Notes under the pieces: model-generated
What the model saw: the letters and a program-made list of their open reading frames with translations, nothing else
Database searches by the model: none
Told to the model about the DNA's origin: nothing
Made by a program: the position numbers and the translations under genes
From: Shigella phage Sf24
DNA: 64,000 nucleotides
Sequence record: MF327008
Direction: 5' to 3' (one strand)
Part shown: in pieces, positions 40,627-49,642 of the stretch
Numbering within the stretch: position 1 is the first letter of the stretch
Layout of the letters: every line of letters begins with the position of its first letter

Positions 40627-41020
40627 TTTTACTAAATACGCAGAATATGATGGAAAAGACTATATAAGCACCGCATACAGATTGAACTAATACCATTCCA
40701 AAGAACCAAACAATATTATCAAACAATGTCTGTTTTACGTCGAAAGGACGTAAACTTACAGTAATATTATCGCCTTTTTCTATTGATGAATACATCTCTG
40801 GGGAAATATATTCGCTAAATCTATAACCGTCTTTGAGTTCATATACGGCAATAAACGATAAACTAGACCCCTTTCCTTGAGTTCCTGCAAGGGTATTAAC
40901 TACAGTAACATCATAATCTTTATAATGCATATAATCATTAATTGCGTAATAACCATATGCAATTACTATACATAAACAACATATCAATAAATTCAATCTT
41001 TTAATTATCAACTGTTTCAT
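40613..41020 (-). CDS. hypothetical membrane protein (135 aa)
   Basis: Track ORF; N- and C-terminal hydrophobic segments. Confidence 0.55.
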   Translation of the reverse strand: MKQLIIKRLNLLICCLCIVIAYGYYAINDYMHYKDYDVTVVNTLAGTQGKGSSLSFIAVYELKDGYRFSEYISPEMYSSIEKGDNITVSLRPFDVKQTLFDNIVWFFGMVLVQSVCGAYIVFSIIFCVFSKIEIE

Positions 41021-41075
41021 AATAATCTCAATTAAAAGGGCTTAGAACCATTATACCATCCTTGGTATAAAGCGG

Positions 41076-41603
41076 TTATGCGAGTACCGTCTTTAACCGT
41101 TCTTCAAACTTCCGAAGAGTATTCTGGCGTTCAGCTCTTTGCTTTTTATAAGTTTCAATACGCTCTGAAATGAGAGTGTATCGTTCATTTACTGATTCTT
41201 TCATAAAATCAGGAATTTCACGAGAAGCTTTAATCTCGTCAAATTTATCAATAACAGCTTGCTCTTCAACAATTAAGTTATCATACATCAAAATATCTTT
41301 CTTGATGAACTCAATATCTTCTTGAGTTACACGAGATAATTTAGATGCTTTATCCTTTTTGTACTGTTCATTAGTATCACGAGACCAGTGTAATGTACGA
41401 TTTTTATTCGTATTTTTGTAAATTTCTACAATACCAATCTCATCGATAATAACGATCCAATTCCAACGAGATTTGTAAATTTGTCCTCCGTCAACCGTGA
41501 TTTCACCTCCGATTGAGATGTCATTAAAGAACTTGCTTTGTGCTTCAGATTTAAATTTACCATCATTGTAGTTTACCAAGTTGAAAATATCTTTAGCATT
41601 CAT
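41076..41603 (-). CDS. hypothetical protein (175 aa)
   Basis: Track ORF trimmed to ATG 41601-03 (GGAGGAACAGAAA SD); track N-terminal extension is translated promoter. Confidence 0.55.
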   Translation of the reverse strand: MNAKDIFNLVNYNDGKFKSEAQSKFFNDISIGGEITVDGGQIYKSRWNWIVIIDEIGIVEIYKNTNKNRTLHWSRDTNEQYKKDKASKLSRVTQEDIEFIKKDILMYDNLIVEEQAVIDKFDEIKASREIPDFMKESVNERYTLISERIETYKKQRAERQNTLRKFEERLKTVLA

Positions 41604-41631
41604 TTTCTGTTCCTCCGTAGTTGATAGTTGT

Positions 41632-41661
41632 ATAGTACCACAGAGGAACGGTCTTGTAAAC
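41632..41661 (-). promoter_or_regulatory. early promoter with conserved leader
   Basis: GTTTACA-N18-TACTAT then ACAACTATCAACT. Confidence 0.7.
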
Positions 41662-41663
41662 AA

Positions 41664-41978
41664 CTAAAAGAAACTTCTTTCACAATTTTTTCCACTGAAC
41701 CAAGCGCTCACTGCTTTCTTAGTCTCAGGAGCAGTGTTATCCATAAACCATTCAAAAGCAGCCTTTTTATGATTCTGGAGGGCTTCTCGGGCTTTAATCT
41801 GCTCACGGTCTATTAACACTAACATATGAGCCTTTCTTGTCACCAAGGGCTTCTTATGATTTTTTGAATACTCCCAATCATTTGTCCATCGCATCGTTGT
41901 TGCGAACTGAAATACTGCTTCTTTAATTTTAGTTTCGTAAATTTCACGAGCCTTTGAGTATAACATCATTACCTCCAT
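41664..41978 (-). CDS. hypothetical protein (104 aa)
   Basis: Track ORF. Confidence 0.5.
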   Translation of the reverse strand: MEVMMLYSKAREIYETKIKEAVFQFATTMRWTNDWEYSKNHKKPLVTRKAHMLVLIDREQIKAREALQNHKKAAFEWFMDNTAPETKKAVSAWFSGKNCERSFF

Positions 41979-42067
41979 TTACCAGTTTAATTCTAGTCAT
42001 CTTTTTGATGGCAGTCCATATAATCTATTTCTGAACTGCCTTTTTATCTTAGAAGGCCTCTTATGAA

Positions 42068-43036
42068 TTATTTCAGAAGAGTAACCTCAGCGATTTCTTC
42101 CCAACCGTTTTTGTCGGTCATAATAAAGTCAGCAAGATAAAGAGCAGTACGCAGTGAAACATTGCGTAAACGATTAACATTGACTTTCATCCATGATAAT
42201 GCTTTATAAGTTTCTTCATCAGAAAGACCGCGCTTTTGCATCATGTCAGTTGAAAGAATAACATCTTCAACCCTGACCATAATTTCTTCATTAGTGTGAA
42301 CACCCAAATCCAAATAAACTGAGCGGGACACTAATGCTTGTAAGTGTGGGGCAAGTTTAGTACCACGGTCTAATTCGCGGTCAATGTCAACGTTTGTGAT
42401 AAAAACAATCGTTCCTTTAAATTCAAACTCACGCTCAATGCCTTTTTCTTCTAAGTAAGAAGATGCAGTGCTCCAGCAGACTTTACGGGTCTCTCCAGTG
42501 TCCAGAGCAGCTTTTAGAAGATTAAGAATGTCCATATCAGAGAAAACATCCACATCATCAATCAAAAGGACAGAATTCTCTTCACGATTATTCCAAAGCT
42601 GTTCATAAAGACCAATACCAGAGATTTTACCATTAATGCTTTTATACTCAATGTATCCAATATCATTTGCTTTATTTAAAGCTTTATCTAAAGAATACGT
42701 TTTACCAATACCTGCTGCTCCCGAGATAATTAATGAACGAATGTTTCCGTTAATAATACCATTCGTCATCATTCCCATAACATTAAATCTTTTATTAATG
42801 CGGGTTTTCATATCTTCATACGATTCTTTAACTTCTTCAACTTTTACACCATCATATGAAATGTCTGATTTGTAAACCCAAACACCGCGACGTTTACCGT
42901 CAATTTCAACAAAAACTTTACCATCTCCTTGTGCATCTACCGGAGCATTATCCGGGAACCATTCGCCTAAGAGCTCAAAAGTTCCAGAGATTTCTTTACC
43001 GAAGTAGATACCCTTATTGATAGTTACAGTTTTCAT
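42068..43036 (-). CDS. P-loop ATPase (322 aa)
   Basis: Walker A GAAGIGKT, Walker B LLIDDVD; start at ATG 43034-36 with GGAGAATAAA SD. Confidence 0.65.
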   Translation of the reverse strand: MKTVTINKGIYFGKEISGTFELLGEWFPDNAPVDAQGDGKVFVEIDGKRRGVWVYKSDISYDGVKVEEVKESYEDMKTRINKRFNVMGMMTNGIINGNIRSLIISGAAGIGKTYSLDKALNKANDIGYIEYKSINGKISGIGLYEQLWNNREENSVLLIDDVDVFSDMDILNLLKAALDTGETRKVCWSTASSYLEEKGIEREFEFKGTIVFITNVDIDRELDRGTKLAPHLQALVSRSVYLDLGVHTNEEIMVRVEDVILSTDMMQKRGLSDEETYKALSWMKVNVNRLRNVSLRTALYLADFIMTDKNGWEEIAEVTLLK

Positions 43037-43070
43037 TTTATTCTCCAAATCCGTATCAGTTGATAGTTGT

Positions 43071-43100
43071 ATAGTACCACAAAGCTTTATGCTTGTAAAC
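43071..43100 (-). promoter_or_regulatory. early promoter with conserved leader (near-duplicate of 16524-16590)
   Basis: GTTTACA-N18-TACTAT then ACAACTATCAACTGATACGGATTTGGAGAATAAA-ATG. Confidence 0.7.
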
Positions 43101-43123
43101 AGTTTTGTGAAAAATTTTTGAAA

Positions 43124-43150
43124 TAAAAAAAAGGGAGCCCGAAGGCTCCC
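43124..43150 (-). terminator. intrinsic terminator after the NTase-fold gene
   Basis: GGGAGCC-UUCG-GGCUCCC followed by U8. Confidence 0.75.
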
Positions 43151-43152
43151 TA

Positions 43153-44166
43153 TCATTTATAATAACTTCGGTGGTTTTCAAGATAGACCTTCTCAAGGAA
43201 GTCATCCCAAAAACTCATGTCTACTTTTTGCTGCATACCGTTCTTAGAAGCTTCAGTAGATGCTGCTTCTACTTGATCGACCACATCTTCCAAAAACTCT
43301 TGAACCGTTTTAAATGGATGCTTACCCAACTTCACGTCGAGAATAAAGGGAGCATCTTTGAGTGGATAAATCAAGTCGCCAGTTTTGTAAATTTCCAATA
43401 GTTGAAGTCCACCACGACAAGCATGACTCAGAGCTTTCCAATCAATACCTTCATTAGCTTCGGCTTTACGAGCACGTTCACCATATTCAGCATCTAATTT
43501 GTTCAGTGACTGCTTAAGCTCAATAAGAGAAAGCGTTGTCTGATATTTACGACCCAATACAGTGTAGAACGTTTGTGGGCCTGTTTTCTTATGATTATGG
43601 AACACCCATTCACAGAATTCGTTTTCTGGAAGACGATGCTTAATATCTTCAACTTTAGTGCGACGCTGCTTAATAGAACCATCTTCTTGGTAATCAACCC
43701 ATTGCTCAGGGATTTGATTAACTACTTTCAATACATCGCGTAATGCAGCCAAACGAGAACCCTTGACACCATATTTAGAAGCTTGCTTGCGAACATATCC
43801 TAAATAGGATTTCATGTTAGTCGTATAAAAACGAGAACGGTTGTCTTGAATAAACTTCCACACATCAGGCAAATCAGATTTAACCACTAGTTCAGGTGGA
43901 GTGTGAAGCATATCCAATGCTACAGTTTCACCATCTGCTGCTAATTTAAAGAAATATTTAAGACTGTATAGTTCATGGTCAATATCATCTTTAGTGTTTT
44001 TAGATGATGTGTTATTAGTGTTTTTACTCATGTGCTCTTTGACATTTCCGATAAGAATATCACGAGCAGGAGGAACAAAAATTTCTTTAAAATCTACATC
44101 AGATTCTGGGGTAGAAGTTCCATAAAGATGACTACCAAAATAGCTTTTCATTACTGTTTTCATCAT
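43153..44166 (-). CDS. nucleotidyltransferase-fold protein (337 aa)
   Basis: FGSHLYGTSTPESDVDF fits the G[GS]x9-13DxD NTase motif; followed by hairpin terminator. Confidence 0.6.
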   Translation of the reverse strand: MMKTVMKSYFGSHLYGTSTPESDVDFKEIFVPPARDILIGNVKEHMSKNTNNTSSKNTKDDIDHELYSLKYFFKLAADGETVALDMLHTPPELVVKSDLPDVWKFIQDNRSRFYTTNMKSYLGYVRKQASKYGVKGSRLAALRDVLKVVNQIPEQWVDYQEDGSIKQRRTKVEDIKHRLPENEFCEWVFHNHKKTGPQTFYTVLGRKYQTTLSLIELKQSLNKLDAEYGERARKAEANEGIDWKALSHACRGGLQLLEIYKTGDLIYPLKDAPFILDVKLGKHPFKTVQEFLEDVVDQVEAASTEASKNGMQQKVDMSFWDDFLEKVYLENHRSYYK

Positions 44167-44624
44167 TCAGCCTTATATTCAATAACAGGACATACTTTAG
44201 CTTTACGAGCTTTTAAAAATTCAACGATAATCGATTTCTTGGGTTGAATAGGAGGTAAACCTTTATACGCCCTATCAATATTTTCTATGTGTAAAGCATA
44301 ATCCTTTTTCCATTTATAATCTTTATATTTTTCATGCAAATGTGCAGGAATAACAAATGAACCGATAATAAGTAAAACAACCAAAAGCGCAAGTATAAAT
44401 GCTGATGGAATAAGAGTCCATAAACTACCAAAAATAAGCCATTTCTGCATGATTTCTGCGCAGATAATAGTTAGACCTGCGAGTATAGTACATCCGAAAA
44501 AAGAAACGAAAAATGTAGGAATAACAACAGACCAAAAATATGCACACAGTGTCTTAGGTCGTTTCCATTCATCATTAAACATTTTGAATAATTTATAGTG
44601 CCAAGAGTTTTCATTAATAATCAT
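44163..44624 (-). CDS. hypothetical membrane protein (153 aa)
   Basis: Track ORF, multiple TM segments; stop overlaps the NTase ATG. Confidence 0.55.
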   Translation of the reverse strand: MIINENSWHYKLFKMFNDEWKRPKTLCAYFWSVVIPTFFVSFFGCTILAGLTIICAEIMQKWLIFGSLWTLIPSAFILALLVVLLIIGSFVIPAHLHEKYKDYKWKKDYALHIENIDRAYKGLPPIQPKKSIIVEFLKARKAKVCPVIEYKAE

Positions 44625-44626
44625 AA

Positions 44627-45148
44627 TTATCCTTTCATTGAAGGTGTAACAGTTGTTAAATACTTAATCATAGCTTCAGCTTCTGATTTTGATAATGAAA
44701 TTTCTCCATTGTTTTGACGAATAGAAATAAAATCCGGATGACGGTCACCACCAGCTTTTAAAATACACATATAAGTATCAGTTTCATCTTCAATATCTGA
44801 AATGATTGAAGCAGTTCCGCATGAATGTGGTTTTTGATAAATCAATGCAGCTTTTCTTCCGCCATTTGACTGTTCATAAACTTTTAATACATCAAACAAA
44901 TCACTTCTTTTATCAATAGCTAAAATGTTATTTTCATCTTCAATGTTAAATCCTTCGGATACTTCATAAAGTGTCACCCATAAATCGCCAATATCAATAA
45001 CAGCGTTCACTTTTCCATGACTTTCAAGAGCATGACAAATTTTCTTGATTTCGTCATAACTCATTTTAATAATATCATCTCCTTGACTAAGGAAGATGTC
45101 ATTTTTAAATTCAACACGAATTAAACCGCTTCCACTTGAAATAAACAT
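44627..45148 (-). CDS. hypothetical protein (173 aa), paralog-like with next ORF
   Basis: Track ORF; FNIEDEN and C-terminal YLTTVTPSM resemble the neighbour. Confidence 0.55.
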   Translation of the reverse strand: MFISSGSGLIRVEFKNDIFLSQGDDIIKMSYDEIKKICHALESHGKVNAVIDIGDLWVTLYEVSEGFNIEDENNILAIDKRSDLFDVLKVYEQSNGGRKAALIYQKPHSCGTASIISDIEDETDTYMCILKAGGDRHPDFISIRQNNGEISLSKSEAEAMIKYLTTVTPSMKG

Positions 45149-45154
45149 ATTTCC

Positions 45155-45700
45155 TCACTTTGAAATCATAGTTGGAATAACAGAATCAAGATAAATCTTT
45201 AGCGCAATAGCTTCGTCTTTGTTTAATGTAATGATATGTGATCGAAAATCGTCAATTTGACGAATAGATACTACATCTCCCTCTTCATAGCATTTTGAAA
45301 CATTTAAAATAGTTTCATCATTCTGATTACAGGAGTTAGTAATAATAGCATTACATTTTTTAAACCATTTTAAACTATGTTTTCTTTCATTAGAATAATA
45401 AAAATATTTAATCTTATCTATAAAACTATCCCAATGGATAACTGATAAGCATATTGACTCGCTTTCAATATTAAATCCTGGGCATGAAGAATAAAAATGA
45501 ATTTTATGCTCATCATTAATGCTTACAATTTTATCAGTATAAGGATTTTCAATTTTGGTTAAATGAATGATTTCACTAGGCGTAAAATACAGCATATCGT
45601 CTTCTTGTGTCAAACGATACATATTATTTACTTTTTCTATAGCCAATTCACCAAAAAGTGAACTAACTTCTAATACTAATCGTTTCGCCGCTACCGTCAT
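45155..45700 (-). CDS. hypothetical protein (181 aa), paralog-like with previous ORF
   Basis: Track ORF; FNIESES and YLDSVIPTM. Confidence 0.55.
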   Translation of the reverse strand: MTVAAKRLVLEVSSLFGELAIEKVNNMYRLTQEDDMLYFTPSEIIHLTKIENPYTDKIVSINDEHKIHFYSSCPGFNIESESICLSVIHWDSFIDKIKYFYYSNERKHSLKWFKKCNAIITNSCNQNDETILNVSKCYEEGDVVSIRQIDDFRSHIITLNKDEAIALKIYLDSVIPTMISK

Positions 45701-45804
45701 TACATACTCCTCTGAATCATATCAATAATGGTGTTCACCAGATTATAAGTAAACATTGGGTAATTATATTGAATCACCACATACACAACAAACAAAACTT
45801 TCAT
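45700..45804 (-). CDS. hypothetical 34-aa hydrophobic peptide
   Basis: Hand-translated MKVLFVVYVVIQYNYPMFTYNLVN...; AAGGAGAAGAGA SD; early promoter upstream. Confidence 0.25.
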   Translation of the reverse strand: MKVLFVVYVVIQYNYPMFTYNLVNTIIDMIQRSM

Positions 45805-45832
45805 TCTCTTCTCCTTGGCAGTTGACAAGATT

Positions 45833-45862
45833 ACTATACCATAACCTTGCCAACTTGTAAAC
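45833..45862 (-). promoter_or_regulatory. early promoter
   Basis: GTTTACA-N18-TATAGT. Confidence 0.65.
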
Positions 45863-45864
45863 CA

Positions 45865-46038
45865 TTAAATGACGTTTTCAATAAAATTCTGAAGCTTTGT
45901 GTGAGCATCAACCATGATTTTCATTTCTTCTTTTGCGAAAGCTGTACCTCTTTCCCGAGCAGAATACTCATAGTCAGAAACTGCATTAGCATATTCTTCA
46001 ATTAGCTTCATTAAAAACATCTGCTTTTCAGTTTTCAT
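45865..46038 (-). CDS. hypothetical small protein (57 aa)
   Basis: Hand-translated MKTEKQMFLMKLIEEYANAVSDYEYS...; below track threshold. Confidence 0.3.
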   Translation of the reverse strand: MKTEKQMFLMKLIEEYANAVSDYEYSARERGTAFAKEEMKIMVDAHTKLQNFIENVI

Positions 46039-46222
46039 TATTCCACCTAATCATTTCAAGATATTGAACTAACTTAGCTTTGGATTTATCCAAATCTCTT
46101 TTAGCTGCTTCTATACCGTCGTATGAATATCCTTCACAATGCTCAACTGCTAATTGATATGAATCTATTTCAATATCACGTGCTAATTTAATGATTTTTT
46201 CAAACTGTTCACGTGTTAGCAT
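46028..46222 (-). CDS. hypothetical protein (64 aa)
   Basis: Track ORF. Confidence 0.45.
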   Translation of the reverse strand: MLTREQFEKIIKLARDIEIDSYQLAVEHCEGYSYDGIEAAKRDLDKSKAKLVQYLEMIRWNNEN

Positions 46223-46224
46223 AA

Positions 46225-46464
46225 TTAAACTCTCGTATTATGATCGATAATTTCATCAAGAAACATATCTAACGCTTCTAAAGCATTATCAACTTTAGCT
46301 TCAAGTTCTTCAATACTTTTATTTGCAATGCCTGACGAAAACCAAGCAAAGTCACTAAGTTCCTCATCTGCTTTACGAATTAAAGCTACCAATTCCTTAA
46401 TTTTATCCGCTTGTTCGATACTAATCATTATTCCACCACATATGAAAGAGAGAATATTGCACAC
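46225..46464 (-). CDS. hypothetical protein (79 aa)
   Basis: Track ORF. Confidence 0.45.
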   Translation of the reverse strand: MCNILSFICGGIMISIEQADKIKELVALIRKADEELSDFAWFSSGIANKSIEELEAKVDNALEALDMFLDEIIDHNTRV

Positions 46465-46616
46465 GCCATGTGAGTTGCAACTTCATCACACATATTATAA
46501 CGTTTCTTAAGAAATTCTACAAGTTCTTCACTAGTAACTTCATCCATGTCGACGAAAAAATCACCATTAATGATGACGTAGATATTTCCTTCTTGATTGA
46601 GTGCTTCAATTTTCAT
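46428..46616 (-). CDS. hypothetical protein (62 aa)
   Basis: Track ORF trimmed to ATG 46614-16 (AAGAGGAGAA SD) below early promoter. Confidence 0.45.
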   Translation of the reverse strand: MKIEALNQEGNIYVIINGDFFVDMDEVTSEELVEFLKKRYNMCDEVATHMACAIFSLSYVVE

Positions 46617-46644
46617 GATGTTCTCCTCTTTATCCGATAGTTGT

Positions 46645-46674
46645 ATAGTACCACAGCTCAAACGGAAAGTAAAC
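46645..46674 (-). promoter_or_regulatory. early promoter
   Basis: GTTTAC-N18-TACTAT then ACAACTATC. Confidence 0.6.
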
Positions 46675-46683
46675 CGGTAAAAT

Positions 46684-46706
46684 GAAAAAAGTCTCCCGAA
46701 GGAGAC
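46684..46706 (-). terminator. intrinsic terminator
   Basis: GUCUCC-UUCG-GGAGAC followed by U6-7. Confidence 0.7.
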
Positions 46707-46711
46707 TAATG

Positions 46712-47098
46712 TTATTCGAGGGAAAGAAGATATTTACTCTGGTAAAACATTCCAGTAATATCATCTATCGTGCTTTGAATGGCTGGAGGCATTTCTTTAT
46801 AAATGCTGTTAGATTGGTCTAGTATACGATCAATCATTTTAATTGTGTCGGTAGGAAGTTTACTAGCATCTGGAGTTGAAGGTGTGTATTTTCTACCAGA
46901 ATACCCCAAATATTGCTCACCAAATTTATCAATCAAATCTGGCAACTCGGAGAAAATAAAATCGTATGCTTTGTGTCTAGCATAACTTTTAGTTTCAAAA
47001 TGTGCAGAATGAAAATAAGCTTGTGCAGCCATTAATAAACCTAAGTATTCATCTGCCTTTGAAGGTTTTCCACTTTGTGAAAAGTCGCTGAATTTCAT
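46712..47098 (-). CDS. hypothetical protein (128 aa)
   Basis: Track ORF followed by hairpin terminator. Confidence 0.55.
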   Translation of the reverse strand: MKFSDFSQSGKPSKADEYLGLLMAAQAYFHSAHFETKSYARHKAYDFIFSELPDLIDKFGEQYLGYSGRKYTPSTPDASKLPTDTIKMIDRILDQSNSIYKEMPPAIQSTIDDITGMFYQSKYLLSLE

Positions 47099-47388
47099 TC
47101 AGTCTCCAATTTAATGTTCATAATTCTAGCGTATGATTGTGCCATCTCCGCGCCTCGTTCTATACATTCAAAATCAGAAGAGCACGGGTCATTTTTATAG
47201 GTCGTTCTCATAAAACTATAGAATTGTTCAGACGATTCTACGCTTTTATTTTCAAAAAGCATATAAACGTGCCTAATACCAGATTCCATAAATTTATCAA
47301 AATGAGGATCGACATTCGCTTCAATCGATGGAGATAAAACAAATGACAATCCTAGCATGGCAAAAAGTGCCGTTGCTTTTAAGGCCAT
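47095..47388 (-). CDS. rI: lysis inhibition regulator RI
   Basis: 97 aa; N-terminal signal-anchor; position upstream-adjacent to tk region. Confidence 0.7.
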   Translation of the reverse strand: MALKATALFAMLGLSFVLSPSIEANVDPHFDKFMESGIRHVYMLFENKSVESSEQFYSFMRTTYKNDPCSSDFECIERGAEMAQSYARIMNIKLETE

Positions 47389-47400
47389 AAAGGCCTCCTA

Positions 47401-47613
47401 TCATTTTTGTCCTGTATTTACTTTATGCCGATGCACGGCCTTAACTTTATCAAGGTATTTTTCAAAATTTCGCAATCTAGTATAGTCTGCCGGAGATTGG
47501 TTGAGTGATACTTCTCGACGCAAAGCTGAAATGATATTTCCAACTTCCCTACGAATTTCATCTAATTGAAGAACAGTAAGATTGCGAAGTTGCTTTTCAG
47601 TTAATTGTAGCAT
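47401..47613 (-). CDS. hypothetical protein (70 aa)
   Basis: Track ORF; late TATAAATA 26 nt upstream; AAAGGGG SD. Confidence 0.5.
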
Positions 47614-47638
47614 ATATACCCCTTTAGTTAGATAAACC

Positions 47639-47646
47639 TATTTATA
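47639..47646 (-). promoter_or_regulatory. late promoter TATAAATA
   Basis: Exact TATAAATA 26 nt upstream of ATG 47613. Confidence 0.55.
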
Positions 47647-47655
47647 ACTTTTGCA

Positions 47656-48237
47656 CTAACCGAGCTTTTTAGTTAATTCATTCCAATGTTTTCTACACAA
47701 AGAAACATAAATTTCATCACCAATACAGATTTGATTACCTTCTTTAACTGGTGTTCCATCTTCCATTAATCGAGCTGTCATAATCGCTTTTTTACCACAA
47801 TGACAAACTGCCTTTAGTTCAATAAGTTTATCTGCAATCGCTAAAAGTTCTTTAGAACCTTCAAACAATTTTCCAGCGAAATCAGTCCTTAATCCATAAG
47901 CCATAACAGGAACATTATATGTATCAACAATTCGGCTCAATTGATGTACTTGTTCAGTTTTTAAAAATTGGGCTTCATCTACAAATACGCAATGAATATC
48001 TTTTTGTGCTTCAGCCCATTTATAGAACTCGAAAATATCCATATCATCTGTAATAATATTCGCTTCCTGTTTAATTCCAATGCGAGAAACAACTTCACAG
48101 ACAGAATCGCGAGTATCAATAGCAGGCTTAAGAACTAATACACTCATTCCGCGTTCTTTATAATTATGTGCAGCAGTTAAAAGAGAAGCAGATTTTCCAG
48201 CATTCATTGCTGCATAAGTAAAAATTAAACTCGCCAT
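47656..48237 (-). CDS. tk: thymidine kinase
   Basis: 193 aa; P-loop AAMNAGKS; Zn-ribbon-like CHCGKK. Confidence 0.92.
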   Translation of the reverse strand: MASLIFTYAAMNAGKSASLLTAAHNYKERGMSVLVLKPAIDTRDSVCEVVSRIGIKQEANIITDDMDIFEFYKWAEAQKDIHCVFVDEAQFLKTEQVHQLSRIVDTYNVPVMAYGLRTDFAGKLFEGSKELLAIADKLIELKAVCHCGKKAIMTARLMEDGTPVKEGNQICIGDEIYVSLCRKHWNELTKKLG

Positions 48238-48238
48238 T

Positions 48239-48427
48239 TTAGTCCTTAGTTAAATTTTCTAAATATGTTTCTAAATCATTTTCAGCTTTATCGATAGATT
48301 TTACTAATTCGTAATATGTTTCGGCATCTCCATAATCAGAAGATAATTCAAAAGACAAATCCTTTTCTAAACTAATAATTTCACCAACTAAAAATAATAT
48401 TTCGTTCTTTTGTTCACGAGTAATCAT
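48239..48427 (-). CDS. hypothetical protein (62 aa)
   Basis: Track ORF. Confidence 0.5.
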   Translation of the reverse strand: MITREQKNEILFLVGEIISLEKDLSFELSSDYGDAETYYELVKSIDKAENDLETYLENLTKD

Positions 48428-48609
48428 AAAGAATTTATATAATCAATGAGTTCTTGTTCTTTATTATCGAATTCTTTAGAAAGTTCTTCGTATTCATTTG
48501 CATTAAAAGGACCGCATTCATCACAAACTTTTTCCAATTCACTGTTTTTATCCATAACTTCGTGGATAAGAGAAAAGAGTTTGTCTTTTTGTTCTTTGCT
48601 TAAACTCAT
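48424..48609 (-). CDS. hypothetical protein (61 aa)
   Basis: Track ORF; similar to previous ORF (both begin M..REQK.., acidic coiled-coil-like). Confidence 0.5.
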   Translation of the reverse strand: MSLSKEQKDKLFSLIHEVMDKNSELEKVCDECGPFNANEYEELSKEFDNKEQELIDYINSL

Positions 48610-48775
48610 ATATTAATTTCCAAAAGTTTTAAAATAATTCGCTTTTGCTTAAATATTTCCACAGTTAAATGATCAGTATCTTTTTGACCAATTCCAATGG
48701 CAAAACCTTTATTAACAGCGAGTTCAATTAAATTATCAAGTTCACGTAACACTTCATATTGTAACTCAGAACTAT

Positions 48776-49003
48776 TCATTTCGGTTTACCTTCTTTAACG
48801 AAATCTGGATAAGGATAAAATCCCGAATAAAATCCTTCACCTTTATGATTGATGCATCCTTTATTAGAACAATAGCACCAATAATCGAAATCACAAGCCA
48901 TTTCATCGTTGCATAAAGCAAAAACAACCGGCCATTTACACTTTTCACAGTGGGCATTTTTAAGAATACTAGTTTGGCTCATAACCATGTAACCTTTAAG
49001 CAA
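48776..49003 (-). CDS. hypothetical Cys-rich protein (75 aa)
   Basis: Track ORF; CEKCKW...CYCSNKGCINH; preferred over overlapping 48772-48957 frame. Confidence 0.45.
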   Translation of the reverse strand: MLKGYMVMSQTSILKNAHCEKCKWPVVFALCNDEMACDFDYWCYCSNKGCINHKGEGFYSGFYPYPDFVKEGKPK

Positions 49004-49191
49004 TATTCTTCTACATGTTGTTTACGACCTTTCTTATCAATAAAGGTATATTCAACGAATGTCCCAATGTAGTCTTTATCTACATCATGTGGACTATTAA
49101 TTGGACATTTAGTACGGCAAATGCGTTCCCATTGACGAATAATTACTGCTTTGTTTTTAGGATCAAACGGATGTGGGTAATGCACTTTCAT
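48979..49191 (-). CDS. hypothetical protein (70 aa)
   Basis: Track ORF. Confidence 0.45.
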   Translation of the reverse strand: MKVHYPHPFDPKNKAVIIRQWERICRTKCPINSPHDVDKDYIGTFVEYTFIDKKGRKQHVEEYCLKVTWL

Positions 49192-49642
49192 AATCCACCA
49201 CTATTAAATCAATATCAGGAGTAAACATGTCGATTAATTTAGAAACCTTATCCCAATCGCCGCCAGCAATACCACAACCTATGCGTGGAATGTAAATTAC
49301 CGGTTTAAACAAAAGGGTTTCTGCCTGTAGATTTAATTCTATCATGCAGTTTACTAAAGCACCATAATCAAGATTAGGACCTGGTTCGTATTGCGTATAC
49401 AGGTTATAGCATATACCAAATCCCGTAGGACTATGTTTAAAAACAATAGACATATCGCCTAATTTATCGCGAGAACCGTACTCAGTAGTGGTTTTATCTA
49501 TTTCTAAAATTTTGGGATAGGCTCTGGCTAATTGACCCGCTACACCTGAACCCATAGTATGAAAACAATTGCACCCGTGCGCAATAATATTACCTTGAAG
49601 AAATAGGGCGACAATATCGCCCTTGATATATTTTACAATCAT
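49163..49642 (-). CDS. macrodomain-like protein (159 aa)
   Basis: GDIV...AHGCNC...MGSGVAGQL and IPRIGCGIAGGDW resemble macrodomain glycine-rich signatures. Confidence 0.55.
   Translation of the reverse strand: MIVKYIKGDIVALFLQGNIIAHGCNCFHTMGSGVAGQLARAYPKILEIDKTTTEYGSRDKLGDMSIVFKHSPTGFGICYNLYTQYEPGPNLDYGALVNCMIELNLQAETLLFKPVIYIPRIGCGIAGGDWDKVSKLIDMFTPDIDLIVVDYESALPTSV

Noticed and set aside
41603-41663. N-terminal extensions reading CGTIQLS on several track ORFs (41076-41663, 42068-43156, 46428-46661)
   Set aside because: CGTIQLST is the translation of the conserved early promoter -10/+1 region (TGTGGTACTATACAACTATCAACT); real starts are the downstream ATGs with SD sequences.
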